Virus record (IMG/VR): IMGVR_UViG_3300033170_000005
Source of the DNA: a virus
Length of the DNA stretch: 41,710 nucleotides
Strand: one strand, 5' to 3'
Made by a program: the position numbers and the translations under genes. How positions within the stretch are numbered: position 1 is the stretch's first letter; every line of letters starts with the position of its first letter. Below are positions 24,019 through 33,437 of the stretch, in pieces. Under the pieces are notes generated by a model. The model saw only the letters and a program-made list of their open reading frames with translations. It was not told where the DNA came from and did no database searches.

Positions 24019-24395
24019 CAACCATGATGGACCGCGCAATCACGATGCTCAATCGTCGCCTGCCTAGTGCGGCTGGCGGGTCAATCGTCTACTCGCGGAA
24101 CGCCGAAACGGTCACGCTCAGCGCCGCCTACGGTCGCACGGAGTTCTCCGTCGAGACCGTGGACGGCGTTCGCGTCGAATACTCCGACCGTGACTTCATC
24201 GTCGCTGCTTCGACGCTTTTGCTATCTGGCGTTGCGGTTATACCGCAGCGAGGTGACCGGGTGGCGGTGCTCGACGGGGACGGAACCCCGGTCGAGCATT
24301 TCGAGGTGCTCGCACCGGCATCAATGCCGCCTTATCGTTTTTCCGATTCCGGCCGGCAAGTCCTTCGCATCCACACGAAGAGGCTGCCACAATGA
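24015..24395 (+). CDS. Head-tail adaptor/head-closure-like protein
   Basis: 126 aa. Its position between head and tail genes and its overlapping junctions fit this role. The family call rests on context only. Confidence 0.45.
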   Translation: MTTMMDRAITMLNRRLPSAAGGSIVYSRNAETVTLSAAYGRTEFSVETVDGVRVEYSDRDFIVAASTLLLSGVAVIPQRGDRVAVLDGDGTPVEHFEVLAPASMPPYRFSDSGRQVLRIHTKRLPQ

Positions 24396-24838
24396 CACAC
24401 CCGCTCACAACTCTGGCCATTGCCGTCCGGGATGCGCTCAACGCGGCCACCTTTTCGATTGGCTTCACGGCGATTCGCGCCTACGTTCCGCGATTCGACA
24501 CGGAAAGCAATACCGATGTGCAAGTGCAGGTCGTTCCGGCGTCCGACGCGGAAGGCGAATCGTCCGCCGGGTTCGATTCACGCGAGATGGTCATCCATGT
24601 TGGCGTGTTCAAGCGGCTCTCGGGGCCTGTGTCGGAAGAGACGGACGAAATCGACGCGATGCTCGACTTGTGCGAGGAGATTCGAGCGGAACTGAACCGC
24701 GTGCGACTCGGTGAAAACGATGGGGCCGTGTGCTCCGAGATATCACACGAACCAATCTACTCGGTTGAGGATATCGACGAACGGCGAGTCTTTCTGACGG
24801 TCCTGGCGTTCACCTTCCTTGTTGATGTGGAGGTGTAG
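24392..24838 (+). CDS. Head-tail connector/tail-completion-like protein
   Basis: 148 aa, overlapping the upstream stop. The call is based on context. Confidence 0.45.
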   Translation: MTHPLTTLAIAVRDALNAATFSIGFTAIRAYVPRFDTESNTDVQVQVVPASDAEGESSAGFDSREMVIHVGVFKRLSGPVSEETDEIDAMLDLCEEIRAELNRVRLGENDGAVCSEISHEPIYSVEDIDERRVFLTVLAFTFLVDVEV

Positions 24839-24840
24839 CC

Positions 24841-25353
24841 ATGGGCATGATGAAATCGCTGAACGTCTCGAAGATCCTCGGCGGCGGGAAAGCCGGCCCG
24901 GGCAAGACGCTTGCCGTGACGAAGTGGTTTTTTGATTCGCCGAAGGTCGCGTCGATGATGGACGCCGCCTCGGTGAAGGTGCTGTCGAAGTTCGGCGCGT
25001 ACGTTCGCCGCACCATGCGAAGTAGCATTCGCCGCGCGAAAGGGTCGTCTAAGCCCGGCAATCCTCCGAAGTCACACGGAGCGGACTTGCTCAAGAAGTT
25101 CATCTTCTTTGCGTTCGACCCGCAAACAAGAAGCGTTGTCATCGGCCCGGAAAGGCTCAATGCCAAGGTGGGCGACACCCCGCGAGTTCTTGAGTTCGGT
25201 GGGCGAAACGAAATCGCCACCTATCGCAAGCGAAAGATAGTCGCAAGGCGAATCGTGAATATCAAAGCCCGTCCTTACGCCAATCCGGCATTGAAAAAGG
25301 ACGAGCCAAAACTACCCGCGATGTGGCGTGATGCCGCACGTGTCAAAGTGTAA
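24841..25353 (+). CDS. HK97 gp10-like / virion morphogenesis (tail completion) protein
   Basis: 170 aa. The ...SKPGNPPKSHGADLLKKFIFFAFD... block resembles gp10/gpG-like neck proteins. Context supports this. Confidence 0.45.
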   Translation: MGMMKSLNVSKILGGGKAGPGKTLAVTKWFFDSPKVASMMDAASVKVLSKFGAYVRRTMRSSIRRAKGSSKPGNPPKSHGADLLKKFIFFAFDPQTRSVVIGPERLNAKVGDTPRVLEFGGRNEIATYRKRKIVARRIVNIKARPYANPALKKDEPKLPAMWRDAARVKV

Positions 25354-25371
25354 CAGAAAGGAACCCACACG

Positions 25372-25788
25372 ATGAAGATGGGATTCGAGGGACTCGCTTA
25401 CTACGGCGTGGCCGGAAACACGGCCGCGGTACTCATCACGAACCGAGTCGATATCACGCTCGATGTCGATCCGCAAATGGGCGACACGACCGTTGCTGGC
25501 GCGGGGGCCGCGCCGCCCGTCGAGTCGGAAGGTGTCGCAACGATCAAGTTCTCGGCGACGTTGACCATGAAGAACAGCCCGACCGACACGACGCTCGCGG
25601 CACTTGTTGCCGCCGCCTGCGCCGGTACGCCGATTGCCTTGCGGCTCAAGGATCATTCGAGCGGCAAGGGCTACGACGGCGACGTCAATGTCAAAATGTC
25701 GAGCGGTCGGCCGCTGAAAGGCGAGCAAACCTTCGACTTCACCTTCAGCCCGAATCGGTCGCTCCGCGTTCCGCTGCTGAACGCCTGA
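25372..25788 (+). CDS. Major tail (tube) protein candidate, siphovirus type
   Basis: 138 aa. It lies upstream of the chaperone pair and the tape measure. No sheath gene was seen. Confidence 0.5.
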   Translation: MKMGFEGLAYYGVAGNTAAVLITNRVDITLDVDPQMGDTTVAGAGAAPPVESEGVATIKFSATLTMKNSPTDTTLAALVAAACAGTPIALRLKDHSSGKGYDGDVNVKMSSGRPLKGEQTFDFTFSPNRSLRVPLLNA

Positions 25789-25830
25789 TCGACAACACAA
25801 CAATCAATCAATCTCACAAGGAGAAGTGAC

Positions 25831-26430
25831 ATGCCAAATGGAAGCTATGCGGTGGTTGTCCAAGCCGCCGGCGAGGCTATCAACCGAACGTCGCCCGTCA
25901 CGGCGGACGCGGCGTTTGCTTACGGCCTGACCTTGCCCGCTGGAACGGCCGGGAGTGATTTTGTCCGAACGGACAACGATACGGCCGCTTGCACACTGAC
26001 CAACGGACACTCAATCACTAACGGGAAAGTGGACGTGTTCTGGGACGGAGGCATCCGATACAACGTCGATGGAGTTGTTGCCGTTGACGAGGTGACGCTT
26101 GACGGCGGAAGCGGCGACGCGTTCCCCGCAAACGACACCGATGTTGTTGTCTGCGCTCCCGTCGAAATGGATATTGAAATCCACGGCGACGACTTGGTGT
26201 TGATTGGCATGGAAGCCACGCAACGCGCCCACGCTCTATTCGTCGATGACGGCGACGTCGAAGTCGCCGCAATCGAACTGGAAGCGGTCACGCCGCAATC
26301 GTTCCACCAGTCGGGCGGCGCGACCAGCCCACTCGCCGGCAACACGTCGGAAAAGGTGCTCGTCAGTTGCGGTAATTCCGTGGGCGGCGGAACCGTGAAA
26401 ATCCTCGGAATGCAGAACGTCACGGAGTAA
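25831..26430 (+). CDS. Hypothetical tail-associated protein (199 aa)
   Basis: AAGGAG ribosome-binding site upstream of ATG 25831. ORF track. Confidence 0.5.
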   Translation: MPNGSYAVVVQAAGEAINRTSPVTADAAFAYGLTLPAGTAGSDFVRTDNDTAACTLTNGHSITNGKVDVFWDGGIRYNVDGVVAVDEVTLDGGSGDAFPANDTDVVVCAPVEMDIEIHGDDLVLIGMEATQRAHALFVDDGDVEVAAIELEAVTPQSFHQSGGATSPLAGNTSEKVLVSCGNSVGGGTVKILGMQNVTE

Positions 26431-26432
26431 TC

Positions 26433-26963
26433 ATGAGTTCGTTTCGCGATACCACCGGGCGGGCGTGGTCGTTCGACGTGAACGTCACGACGATCAAGCG
26501 CGTTCGGTCTATGCTCGGCGTCAACCTGCTCGACCTTGCATCGCCCGAGAAAAGCAAGGATGTGTCCGAGCAATTCGAGGATCCAATCTTCGTCGTGGAC
26601 GTGCTGTACTGTCTCTGCAAGGATCAGGCCGACGCGCAGGCTGTGAGTGATGAGGCATTCGGCGAAGCTCTCGACATTGACGCGATTGAATCAGCGTCCG
26701 ACGCACTACTGGAGGGCGTCATTGATTTTTTCCAGAAGTCGATCCGACCAGCGTACCGAAAGGTGCTCGACGCGACACGGAGGGTACGGCTGAAACAGCA
26801 GAAGCGCCTGGCGGAACTGATGAGCGATCCGACGTTCGAGGCGACGATCGACAAGGAAGTGGAGCGGATTCTCGGCAATGGTCGGAGCGAGTCATCGAGC
26901 GATGCCACGAACTCGCTGGAATCGCCGGAGTCGAACCCGGACTCCACACCCTCCGAACCCTGA
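26433..26963 (+). CDS. Tail assembly chaperone (gpG-like)
   Basis: Acidic 176-aa ORF immediately upstream of the tape measure. A -1-frame ORF continues beyond its stop. Confidence 0.6.
   Translation: MSSFRDTTGRAWSFDVNVTTIKRVRSMLGVNLLDLASPEKSKDVSEQFEDPIFVVDVLYCLCKDQADAQAVSDEAFGEALDIDAIESASDALLEGVIDFFQKSIRPAYRKVLDATRRVRLKQQKRLAELMSDPTFEATIDKEVERILGNGRSESSSDATNSLESPESNPDSTPSEP
26726..26732 (+). promoter_or_regulatory. Candidate -1 programmed frameshift slippery heptamer T TTT TTC
   Basis: In the zero frame the sequence reads gaT TTT TTC (X XXY YYZ pattern). The -1 frame is open from 26651 to 27160. No other heptamer of this form was seen in that interval. Confidence 0.35.
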
Positions 26964-27160
26964 CGCAGATGGCGGCCGGCGCGTGGGCCAAGATGCTTTG
27001 GCAGTCGATGCTGTTTCGGCAGACGATGGCGATGGATGACGGCGAATCTCCGATCGACCCGGACCCGTTTAGTTTGCTCGGCGGATTCGACCAGAAAGAA
27101 CAAGTCGCGCCATACAACCCGGCGATATGGAGCGGCATGGCGAAACACGGAGTAACCTGA
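26726..27160 (+). CDS. -1 frame extension giving a gpGT-like chaperone fusion (the ATG-initiated version is 26969..27160)
   Basis: Frame 2 is -1 relative to 26433..26963. It has no stop between 26651 and 27158 and ends 1 nt before the tape-measure ATG. Confidence 0.4.
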   Translation, partial: FFPEVDPTSVPKGARRDTEGTAETAEAPGGTDERSDVRGDDRQGSGADSRQWSERVIERCHELAGIAGVEPGLHTLRTLTQMAAGAWAKMLWQSMLFRQTMAMDDGESPIDPDPFSLLGGFDQKEQVAPYNPAIWSGMAKHGVT

Positions 27161-27161
27161 A

Positions 27162-28838
27162 ATGTCCAAAGCCCAAGGAGTCAGAGCCGGCCGCGCGTTC
27201 GTCGAAGTCTACGCCGACTCGAATCGTCTCGCCCGCGACTTCGCCAAGATCGGCCAACAGTTTCGTGCGTTCGGAGCGAGTGTGTCGGCCGTCGGAATAA
27301 AGATGATGGGCGTGGGCGCCGCAATCACCGCGCCCCTGGTCGGCGCGATTCGGCATTTCGCCAAGGCGGGTGACGCACTCGACAAGATGGCGGCACGCAC
27401 TGGCATCTCGACCAACGCCCTCTCCGAACTCGGCTTCGCCGCCGAACAAAGCGGATCGAGTATCGAAGCTGTTGAAAAGGCCATTCGATACATGCAGTAC
27501 ACGCTAGGCAGTTCCGGCAAGGGAACGGAAGCCGAGTTCATGGCTGTCATGGATGAATTGGCAACGATTCCAGACGCCACCGAACGAGCACAACGAGCAA
27601 TGCAGGTGTTTGGCTCGAGAAGCGGAACGGCGTTATTGCCCATGGTCGGGCAGATACGCAGCTTGCGAGAAGAGGCAGTCAAGCTCGGGTTGTCAGTTGG
27701 ACCCGAGCAGGCGAAGCGGGCGGCCGAAATGCAAGACGCATGGAACCGCCTAAAGCGTTCGACGATGGCCGTGTTTTTCAACATCGGTTCTGCCCTGGCT
27801 GGGTCGGGTCTTCTCGACAGCATCACGAATATCGTCGGGACCGTAAGTCGATGGGTGCGTGAGAACGGCCAGTTGATTCAGACAATCGCCAAACTGAGCG
27901 CCGGGCTCGTCGTGGGCGGCGCTGCTCTTGTCGTCATCGGCAAGGTGCTCGGCGTCATGGGTATTGCGATAGGCGGCATTGCGGCGGCCCTCGGGTCCAC
28001 GACGATCATGCTCGCCGGAGCGGCGGCCGGACTCGCCTACCTCGCTCGCAACACCGCGCCAATCAAAGCCGTCGGCAACGCGATATGGGATTACCTCGGG
28101 GATGTTCGCGCCGGATTCGGAACGCTCGTTGACGATGCGTCGAAAGCATGGCAAGGAATAAGCGACGCACTTACGGCGGGCAAGCTGGACCTTGCTTTCG
28201 AGGTCGTGACGAAAAGCATTGAGTTGCTATGGGCTCGCATGGTCGATTCACTACTCAATATCATAGAGCCATTCTACGCGGCATGGCAGGATTCCTGGAC
28301 GGTGATGCTGACATTTATGAAGACGACATGGGCGTCATGGGAGAAGATGCTGTACAGTAGTCCTCTCTACCAGCAAATCGTCGGCGGCGTGTCGGAAGCG
28401 TTGGGCGGACCCTCGGCGGCCGACGTTGGGTTGACCATGACGGGAATGGCGTCCACGAAAGACCAGGATATAGCGGACCTAAACGCGGGAGTCGCCGACC
28501 AAATTAACGCCAACGCCAAGGCGAGGCAAGCCGATATGGAGCGACGCGCGGCGGAAGTCGAGGCGGCCGAACGTGAACGCGACAAGGCACTCGTTCAAGC
28601 TCGGCAAGCAGCCGACTATGCGAGGCAAGAGCGAGAAGGCAGGACAAGGCCAGCTTTCGGCGGCGTTCCTAAATTCGGCGAAGGCGTCAAGTCTCGCATC
28701 GTCGGTACGTTCTCCGGTTCGGCCGCGAGCGGCCTCGGCGCCGGTGGCCCGATCGTCACGGAACTCAAGCGGCTGGTCATCACGGGCCGCGAGACGAACC
28801 GCAAACTTGACGAGCTTGCTCTGGAGGTGTCGCCGTGA
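27162..28838 (+). CDS. Tail tape measure protein
   Basis: 558 aa. The sequence has hydrophobic/Gly-Ala segments and AGDALDKMAARTGISTNALSELGFAAEQSGSSIEAVEKAIRYMQ (TP901-type TMP core pattern). It follows the chaperone pair. Confidence 0.85.
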   Translation: MSKAQGVRAGRAFVEVYADSNRLARDFAKIGQQFRAFGASVSAVGIKMMGVGAAITAPLVGAIRHFAKAGDALDKMAARTGISTNALSELGFAAEQSGSSIEAVEKAIRYMQYTLGSSGKGTEAEFMAVMDELATIPDATERAQRAMQVFGSRSGTALLPMVGQIRSLREEAVKLGLSVGPEQAKRAAEMQDAWNRLKRSTMAVFFNIGSALAGSGLLDSITNIVGTVSRWVRENGQLIQTIAKLSAGLVVGGAALVVIGKVLGVMGIAIGGIAAALGSTTIMLAGAAAGLAYLARNTAPIKAVGNAIWDYLGDVRAGFGTLVDDASKAWQGISDALTAGKLDLAFEVVTKSIELLWARMVDSLLNIIEPFYAAWQDSWTVMLTFMKTTWASWEKMLYSSPLYQQIVGGVSEALGGPSAADVGLTMTGMASTKDQDIADLNAGVADQINANAKARQADMERRAAEVEAAERERDKALVQARQAADYARQEREGRTRPAFGGVPKFGEGVKSRIVGTFSGSAASGLGAGGPIVTELKRLVITGRETNRKLDELALEVSP

Positions 28839-29638
28839 GTATTCAATGGGGACCACGACCGAACAGCGAACAACTCAGCCGCAAGTCGGCGACACTCGGT
28901 TATGTGCTATCAGGCGTGTCCGACGGCGCGACGGCCCGGGCATTGGCACTTGGCTATTCGGCGACGTTGCACTTGTCGCTGTTTCGCACCGACGTAGAAC
29001 TGCGAAAAATCACGCCAGACACATACCACGTTGACGTGCGCTACGGGACGCCCGACAAAAAGGAACCGTCGGCCGGGGAGTTTGCGTGGACGTTCGACAC
29101 GACGGGTGAGACGAAGCACGTTACGCAGGGCATTGGCAACGCCACGAGCTACGTCCCGGGCGGCAAGACGGCCGTGAACCACAAACGAGCTATCGGCGTG
29201 CAAGACGACGGGAGCGTCGCGGGCGTTGACGTTCCCGATCGTGCGTTCAAGTGGCAAGAGAAGCACCAGCTATTGCTCGCTTCCTACGGCTGGGCCTATT
29301 CACAATACCTCGGCGCGAACACCGGCAAAATCAACAGCGGTACCTTTCGCGGCTTCGGGGCCGGGACAGTTCGATTCGACGGCGCGCAAGGCGGTCAATC
29401 GTCTCGCGACCCAGACCTATTGGAACTGACCTACAACTTCGTATACTCGCCCGATGAATCGTCGCTCGCTGTCGGCGATATCACCGTCACGTCCAAGCCG
29501 GGCTGGCACTACCTATGGGTTCGCTACCAGTCCGAGGAAGACGCCGACGCGAAGAAGACCACGGAGCTTCCCTCGCAAGTGGACGTGGTTCCGGTTCTCT
29601 ATTCCTTTGACTTCGCCACCCTTGGAATTGGATCGTGA
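28835..29638 (+). CDS. Distal tail protein-like structural protein
   Basis: GGAGG is 7 nt upstream of GTG 28835, which overlaps the TMP stop. It is the first gene after the TMP. Confidence 0.45.
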   Translation: MSIQWGPRPNSEQLSRKSATLGYVLSGVSDGATARALALGYSATLHLSLFRTDVELRKITPDTYHVDVRYGTPDKKEPSAGEFAWTFDTTGETKHVTQGIGNATSYVPGGKTAVNHKRAIGVQDDGSVAGVDVPDRAFKWQEKHQLLLASYGWAYSQYLGANTGKINSGTFRGFGAGTVRFDGAQGGQSSRDPDLLELTYNFVYSPDESSLAVGDITVTSKPGWHYLWVRYQSEEDADAKKTTELPSQVDVVPVLYSFDFATLGIGS

Positions 29639-29641
29639 ACC

Positions 29642-30397
29642 ATGGCGCGCTATCAGAAATTGCGGGCGGGCGATCCGGTAACGAGAATCTCGGCGTCGGC
29701 CTACAACGAAATGATCGATATGCTCCAGTGGTGGCGTTCGGCGTTTCGCACGGGCGGCGGTCCGGTCGGCGGAACGGATTACGACCAAGGCGTCTTTCTC
29801 GCGAAGAATGAAACTGGCGGCAACTTGGCGGCCTACAGCGTTGTCGGCATCGGAGGGCCGCTGATTACGCCGACTGATAATCTCACTGAGTTCAAGAACC
29901 GGACTCCGCTTTCGGTCGTCACTCCAGATATCGATGCTCACGCGTCGGCGTTCGGCGTCGCGCTCGATATTTGCGGCACTGGAGCGTTCGTTCGCGTCTG
30001 CGTTTCCGGCTTGGTCCCCGTGTTGCTCGACGTGACGAATGAGGACGACACGTCGGCTGGAATCGACGACGGAGAAACGACGCATCTTGTCACTGGCGGA
30101 GAGGGCGTGCCGATCGTCTGGAAGGACGCGGCGGAGAAGGAAGATGGGAATGGGCATCGGTGGGGGCTGGTTTTGTTGGGCGGAAAGGTGATACTGCCTC
30201 CCGGCACAACCACCAACGACATTCTACGCTGGGAGGCCGACGAATCGGGCTCATCGTCGAGCGGCGAGGGCGGCCGGTGGGTAATCCATGAGGCACCGTC
30301 CGACGAGGGCGAGTGGGTGCTTGCCGTGGTCGAGGGCGTCATGCAGTGGCGAGAAGTCAAGCCGTTCACTTGCGGCGATGAATCGTCGGGGAGTTAG
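29642..30397 (+). CDS. Hypothetical tail/baseplate protein (251 aa)
   Basis: ORF track, in the tail module. It has Ser-rich patches near the C-terminus (ESGSSSSGEGG, ESSGS). Confidence 0.5.
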   Translation: MARYQKLRAGDPVTRISASAYNEMIDMLQWWRSAFRTGGGPVGGTDYDQGVFLAKNETGGNLAAYSVVGIGGPLITPTDNLTEFKNRTPLSVVTPDIDAHASAFGVALDICGTGAFVRVCVSGLVPVLLDVTNEDDTSAGIDDGETTHLVTGGEGVPIVWKDAAEKEDGNGHRWGLVLLGGKVILPPGTTTNDILRWEADESGSSSSGEGGRWVIHEAPSDEGEWVLAVVEGVMQWREVKPFTCGDESSGS

Positions 30398-30399
30398 TC

Positions 30400-30975
30400 A
30401 TGGCGTTCTATCGCAACCCCGACGGTAGCTTTCCAAGCGAACACGGCTACCCGGTTTTTGTTACGGAAGAACAGTATCGGGCGTGCTGCTGTGGGTCGAG
30501 TTCGTCGAGCGGGTCGTCGAGTTCGTCGGGCGGCTCGTCGAGTTCTTCGGAATCGTCAAGCAGTTCATCAGTTAATTATCTACTCGGGTGCGATGCGTGC
30601 GACGACGGCAAGCAGCCCTTGTCTGTCACGGCCGTGTTTCCGTCACTCGGAACCTTCGTCCTGGATGCATCGTATATTGGCGGTCAGCTCTTTCCGTGCT
30701 CATTCTGGACACTTGTCGGTTGGACCACACACATTCCACCGCGAAAGCTGTGGGGTACTTTTGACTTCTACCATTACGGGGGCGGAATAACGGAAGCCGT
30801 GCTTCGGATTGTTGAGACTGCCGGAACGGCACAATTCCCAAGTGATGGATTTTCCACGCTGATTGCAAGCTGGTCTGAATCATACGGTAGTCTCATCGAC
30901 TGTCTCAACTATGATGACGAACTTGCGCGAGTCAGTGGACCCTATATGGGCACGGCCCGTGTTTATGCGAATTGA
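30400..30975 (+). CDS. Hypothetical protein with a CCC motif and a 26-residue Ser/Gly tract
   Basis: ORF track. GSSSSSGSSSSSGGSSSSSESSSSSS is encoded at 30493..30570. Confidence 0.55.
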   Translation: MAFYRNPDGSFPSEHGYPVFVTEEQYRACCCGSSSSSGSSSSSGGSSSSSESSSSSSVNYLLGCDACDDGKQPLSVTAVFPSLGTFVLDASYIGGQLFPCSFWTLVGWTTHIPPRKLWGTFDFYHYGGGITEAVLRIVETAGTAQFPSDGFSTLIASWSESYGSLIDCLNYDDELARVSGPYMGTARVYAN

Positions 30976-32662
30976 CCGATGCCAGTTTGATCTTGTCTCA
31001 CAATCGCCAAGCGTCTGGCGGTGTGCCGTATGTGACTTTGAGTGGCGAGCCAAACACAACACCGAGTGCCCTCCGGTTAGGACATGCAGTCTGCATAGAG
31101 CATTTCCAACCCTGACCACGCAACTGACCAACTACCGAGACGCAATCAAACGCTACTGGAAAGCTGGCCGCCCGAAGCGAACCGACGCCGAAACCCATCT
31201 GCGCGTTCTGCTGTGCGCCGGGTGCCGACTGAATCGGGATGGACGCTGCACGGTGTGTGGTTGTCCGGTGAATGAAAAGAAACTCGCAATCAGGAACAAG
31301 GCCCGCATGGCTACCGAAGTCTGTCCAATCTGTCGATGGGAGAACTTTCCCGGCTCGCTATTCGAGCGGGTCTATTGCGTCAACCTCGACCGCCGCGAGG
31401 ATCGCTGGGAACGGTTCACGGCCGGAGTCCCCGCCGAGTGGCCGTGGCCCACGCCCGAACGATTCCCAGCCGTCGATGGGCAACGCTGCCCGCCGCCGCC
31501 CTGGTGGACCCAAGGACCGGGCGCATGGGGCTGCTATCGATCCCACCTGGCCATCATGGAACGGTGCCTGAACGAGGGCGTGGGATCGGTGTTGATCCTG
31601 GAAGACGACGCGGCGTTCATCGATGACTTCACCGCCAAGGCTACGCTCGCGCTGGCTGAAGTGCCGGATGATTGGGGGATGCTGTACCTTGGCGGGCAGC
31701 ATTTTAAGACGACGCCACCGACGCCGATCAGCGAGTACATTTTGAAGCCGGCTAACGTCCAGCGAACCCACGCCTACGCCCTTCGCGGGCAAACGCTCCG
31801 CGACGTGTACCAGTTCCTGAGCGACACGCAATCGGAAACCTGGAAGCCGCGACACCACGTCGATCACCGGCTGGGTGTGTTCCTCGAAACGCACGACGCG
31901 CCCGCCTACGCCGTGGCCCATTGGCTCGTTGGGCAGGGTGCTGGGCGAAGCGACGTCGGCGCGGGTAGCACGTCGGCCCGGTGGTGGCGCAACTCGGCCA
32001 CCACCGGCAAGCGAGCGATTCCGCAAGCCATCAAGCCGGTAGTTGCGGTGGTCGGCCCGTTCCGGTCTGGAACCTCATGCGTGGCTGGTGTTCTCCATAC
32101 CCTGGGCGTGTCGATGGGCGAGCGGTTCCGCCGTCCGATGAAGGGCAACCCGAAGGGCACGTTCGAGGCCGTGGCACTCGGCGAGTTGTGCCGCTCGTTC
32201 TTCACCGAGCCGGGTTGCCTGGAACGACAACCCCACGAGAAACGAGTCGCCGGGTTGCGGCGGTGGGCGGCGAGCAGGTCAGCGGGCAACTCGCCCACGA
32301 TCGGTGCGAAGCATCCACTGTTGTGCCTGATGATGACCGAAATGTGCGAAGCATGGCCCGGCGTCCGGTTTGTCTTCTGCGACCGACCGCCCAGCGAATC
32401 CAACGCGAGCATGGCGAAGTGGGGCGGCAAGTGGAAAGCCGCGAAACGCACGGCGGAAACGATGATCGAGGCCCGCGACGACAACGCGGCCGACATCACG
32501 AACCCGATCCTCCGCGTGGATTACCACGCCCTGTTGGCTGATCCGGCCGGGACCGTGGAACGGCTCATCGCCTTCCTTGGGTTGGATGTGCCGGCCGAAA
32601 CGCGACAAGCCGCGATCGACTTCATCGACCCCCAGTTGTGCCACCATGACCACCACGCCTAG
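30965..32662 (+). CDS. Three-part protein: Cys-rich zinc-ribbon N-terminus, GT25-family glycosyltransferase domain and C-terminal sulfotransferase domain
   Basis: VYCVNLDRREDRWERF...AVDG...GCYRSHLAIM...VLILEDDAAFIDDF matches the GT25 pattern. VVAVVGPFRSGTSCVAGVL matches the sulfotransferase PAPS 5'-phosphosulfate loop. ATG 30965 overlaps the upstream stop. The track start 30863 would overlap that gene by 113 nt. Confidence 0.65.
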   Translation: MRIDRCQFDLVSQSPSVWRCAVCDFEWRAKHNTECPPVRTCSLHRAFPTLTTQLTNYRDAIKRYWKAGRPKRTDAETHLRVLLCAGCRLNRDGRCTVCGCPVNEKKLAIRNKARMATEVCPICRWENFPGSLFERVYCVNLDRREDRWERFTAGVPAEWPWPTPERFPAVDGQRCPPPPWWTQGPGAWGCYRSHLAIMERCLNEGVGSVLILEDDAAFIDDFTAKATLALAEVPDDWGMLYLGGQHFKTTPPTPISEYILKPANVQRTHAYALRGQTLRDVYQFLSDTQSETWKPRHHVDHRLGVFLETHDAPAYAVAHWLVGQGAGRSDVGAGSTSARWWRNSATTGKRAIPQAIKPVVAVVGPFRSGTSCVAGVLHTLGVSMGERFRRPMKGNPKGTFEAVALGELCRSFFTEPGCLERQPHEKRVAGLRRWAASRSAGNSPTIGAKHPLLCLMMTEMCEAWPGVRFVFCDRPPSESNASMAKWGGKWKAAKRTAETMIEARDDNAADITNPILRVDYHALLADPAGTVERLIAFLGLDVPAETRQAAIDFIDPQLCHHDHHA

Positions 32663-33437
32663 AGTCTTTTCGTACTGGGAAGGCCCCATGCCACCATGGA
32701 TCGGGCTGTGCCTCGACACGATGCGTCGGAACATTCCGGGCGTCGAGATTCTCACCCGCCGCCAGTGGCGCGAGATGTACGACTTCCGCGACGTGCCGGG
32801 CGACAAGCTGGCGAAGCAACTGCCGAATTTGCGGAGCGATTTTATTCGGGCGTGGCTGTTGAAAACCTACGGCGGAATCTGGGTTGACGCCGACTGCATC
32901 GTATTCCGCGACTTGCGGCCGATCGACCAGCATCTCGACAAGGCCGACTTCGTGGCCTATCGAATCGGCCCGCCAACCCGCTCGCAATGTTCGGCCCTGA
33001 TTGCCTCGCGCCCGGGCGGCCGGCTTATCAAGGCGTACTACGGGGCCATGGTGGCGAGGCTGAATAATCACTGCTGTCGGTTGCCGCGATTGGCCCTGGG
33101 GCCGAACCTACTGGCCCGGACGATTCGACGGACGCGAGCCAACGTGCATCAACTGCCGACCGACATGGTGCATCCGCTGCACTGGCGACACCGGCGACGG
33201 AACCTGATGGCCGCCGGGACCGTGACCGTGCCCGAGGATGCCTACTGTTTCATGGCGACCCACCGGGCACTCGGGCCAGCCTCGACGTGGCCGGCTGCGA
33301 TGATTCGTGCGAGCGATACAGTGTTTGGGGAGATGATCCGGCGGGCCGAGCCCTCACCCGTGGAACCACCACGCACCGACGCGACCGACCGCGTAGACTG
33401 GAACCGCAACAACTCCAACCACGATTCCAATGAGTGA
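32646..33437 (+). CDS. GT32 / Caps_synth-like glycosyltransferase (DXD type)
   Basis: VFSYWEGPMPPWIGLCLDTM...LRSDFIRAWLLKTYGGIWVDADCI matches the capsular-polysaccharide-synthesis / OCH1-like sugar transferase pattern. Confidence 0.65.
   Translation: MTTTPRVFSYWEGPMPPWIGLCLDTMRRNIPGVEILTRRQWREMYDFRDVPGDKLAKQLPNLRSDFIRAWLLKTYGGIWVDADCIVFRDLRPIDQHLDKADFVAYRIGPPTRSQCSALIASRPGGRLIKAYYGAMVARLNNHCCRLPRLALGPNLLARTIRRTRANVHQLPTDMVHPLHWRHRRRNLMAAGTVTVPEDAYCFMATHRALGPASTWPAAMIRASDTVFGEMIRRAEPSPVEPPRTDATDRVDWNRNNSNHDSNE

Noticed and set aside
30493-30570. Treating the tcgtcgagttcgtcg-type repetition as a nucleotide-level tandem repeat or CRISPR-like element
   Set aside because: It is codon-level poly-Ser/Gly low complexity inside an ORF, with mixed Ser codons, no constant unit length and no spacers.
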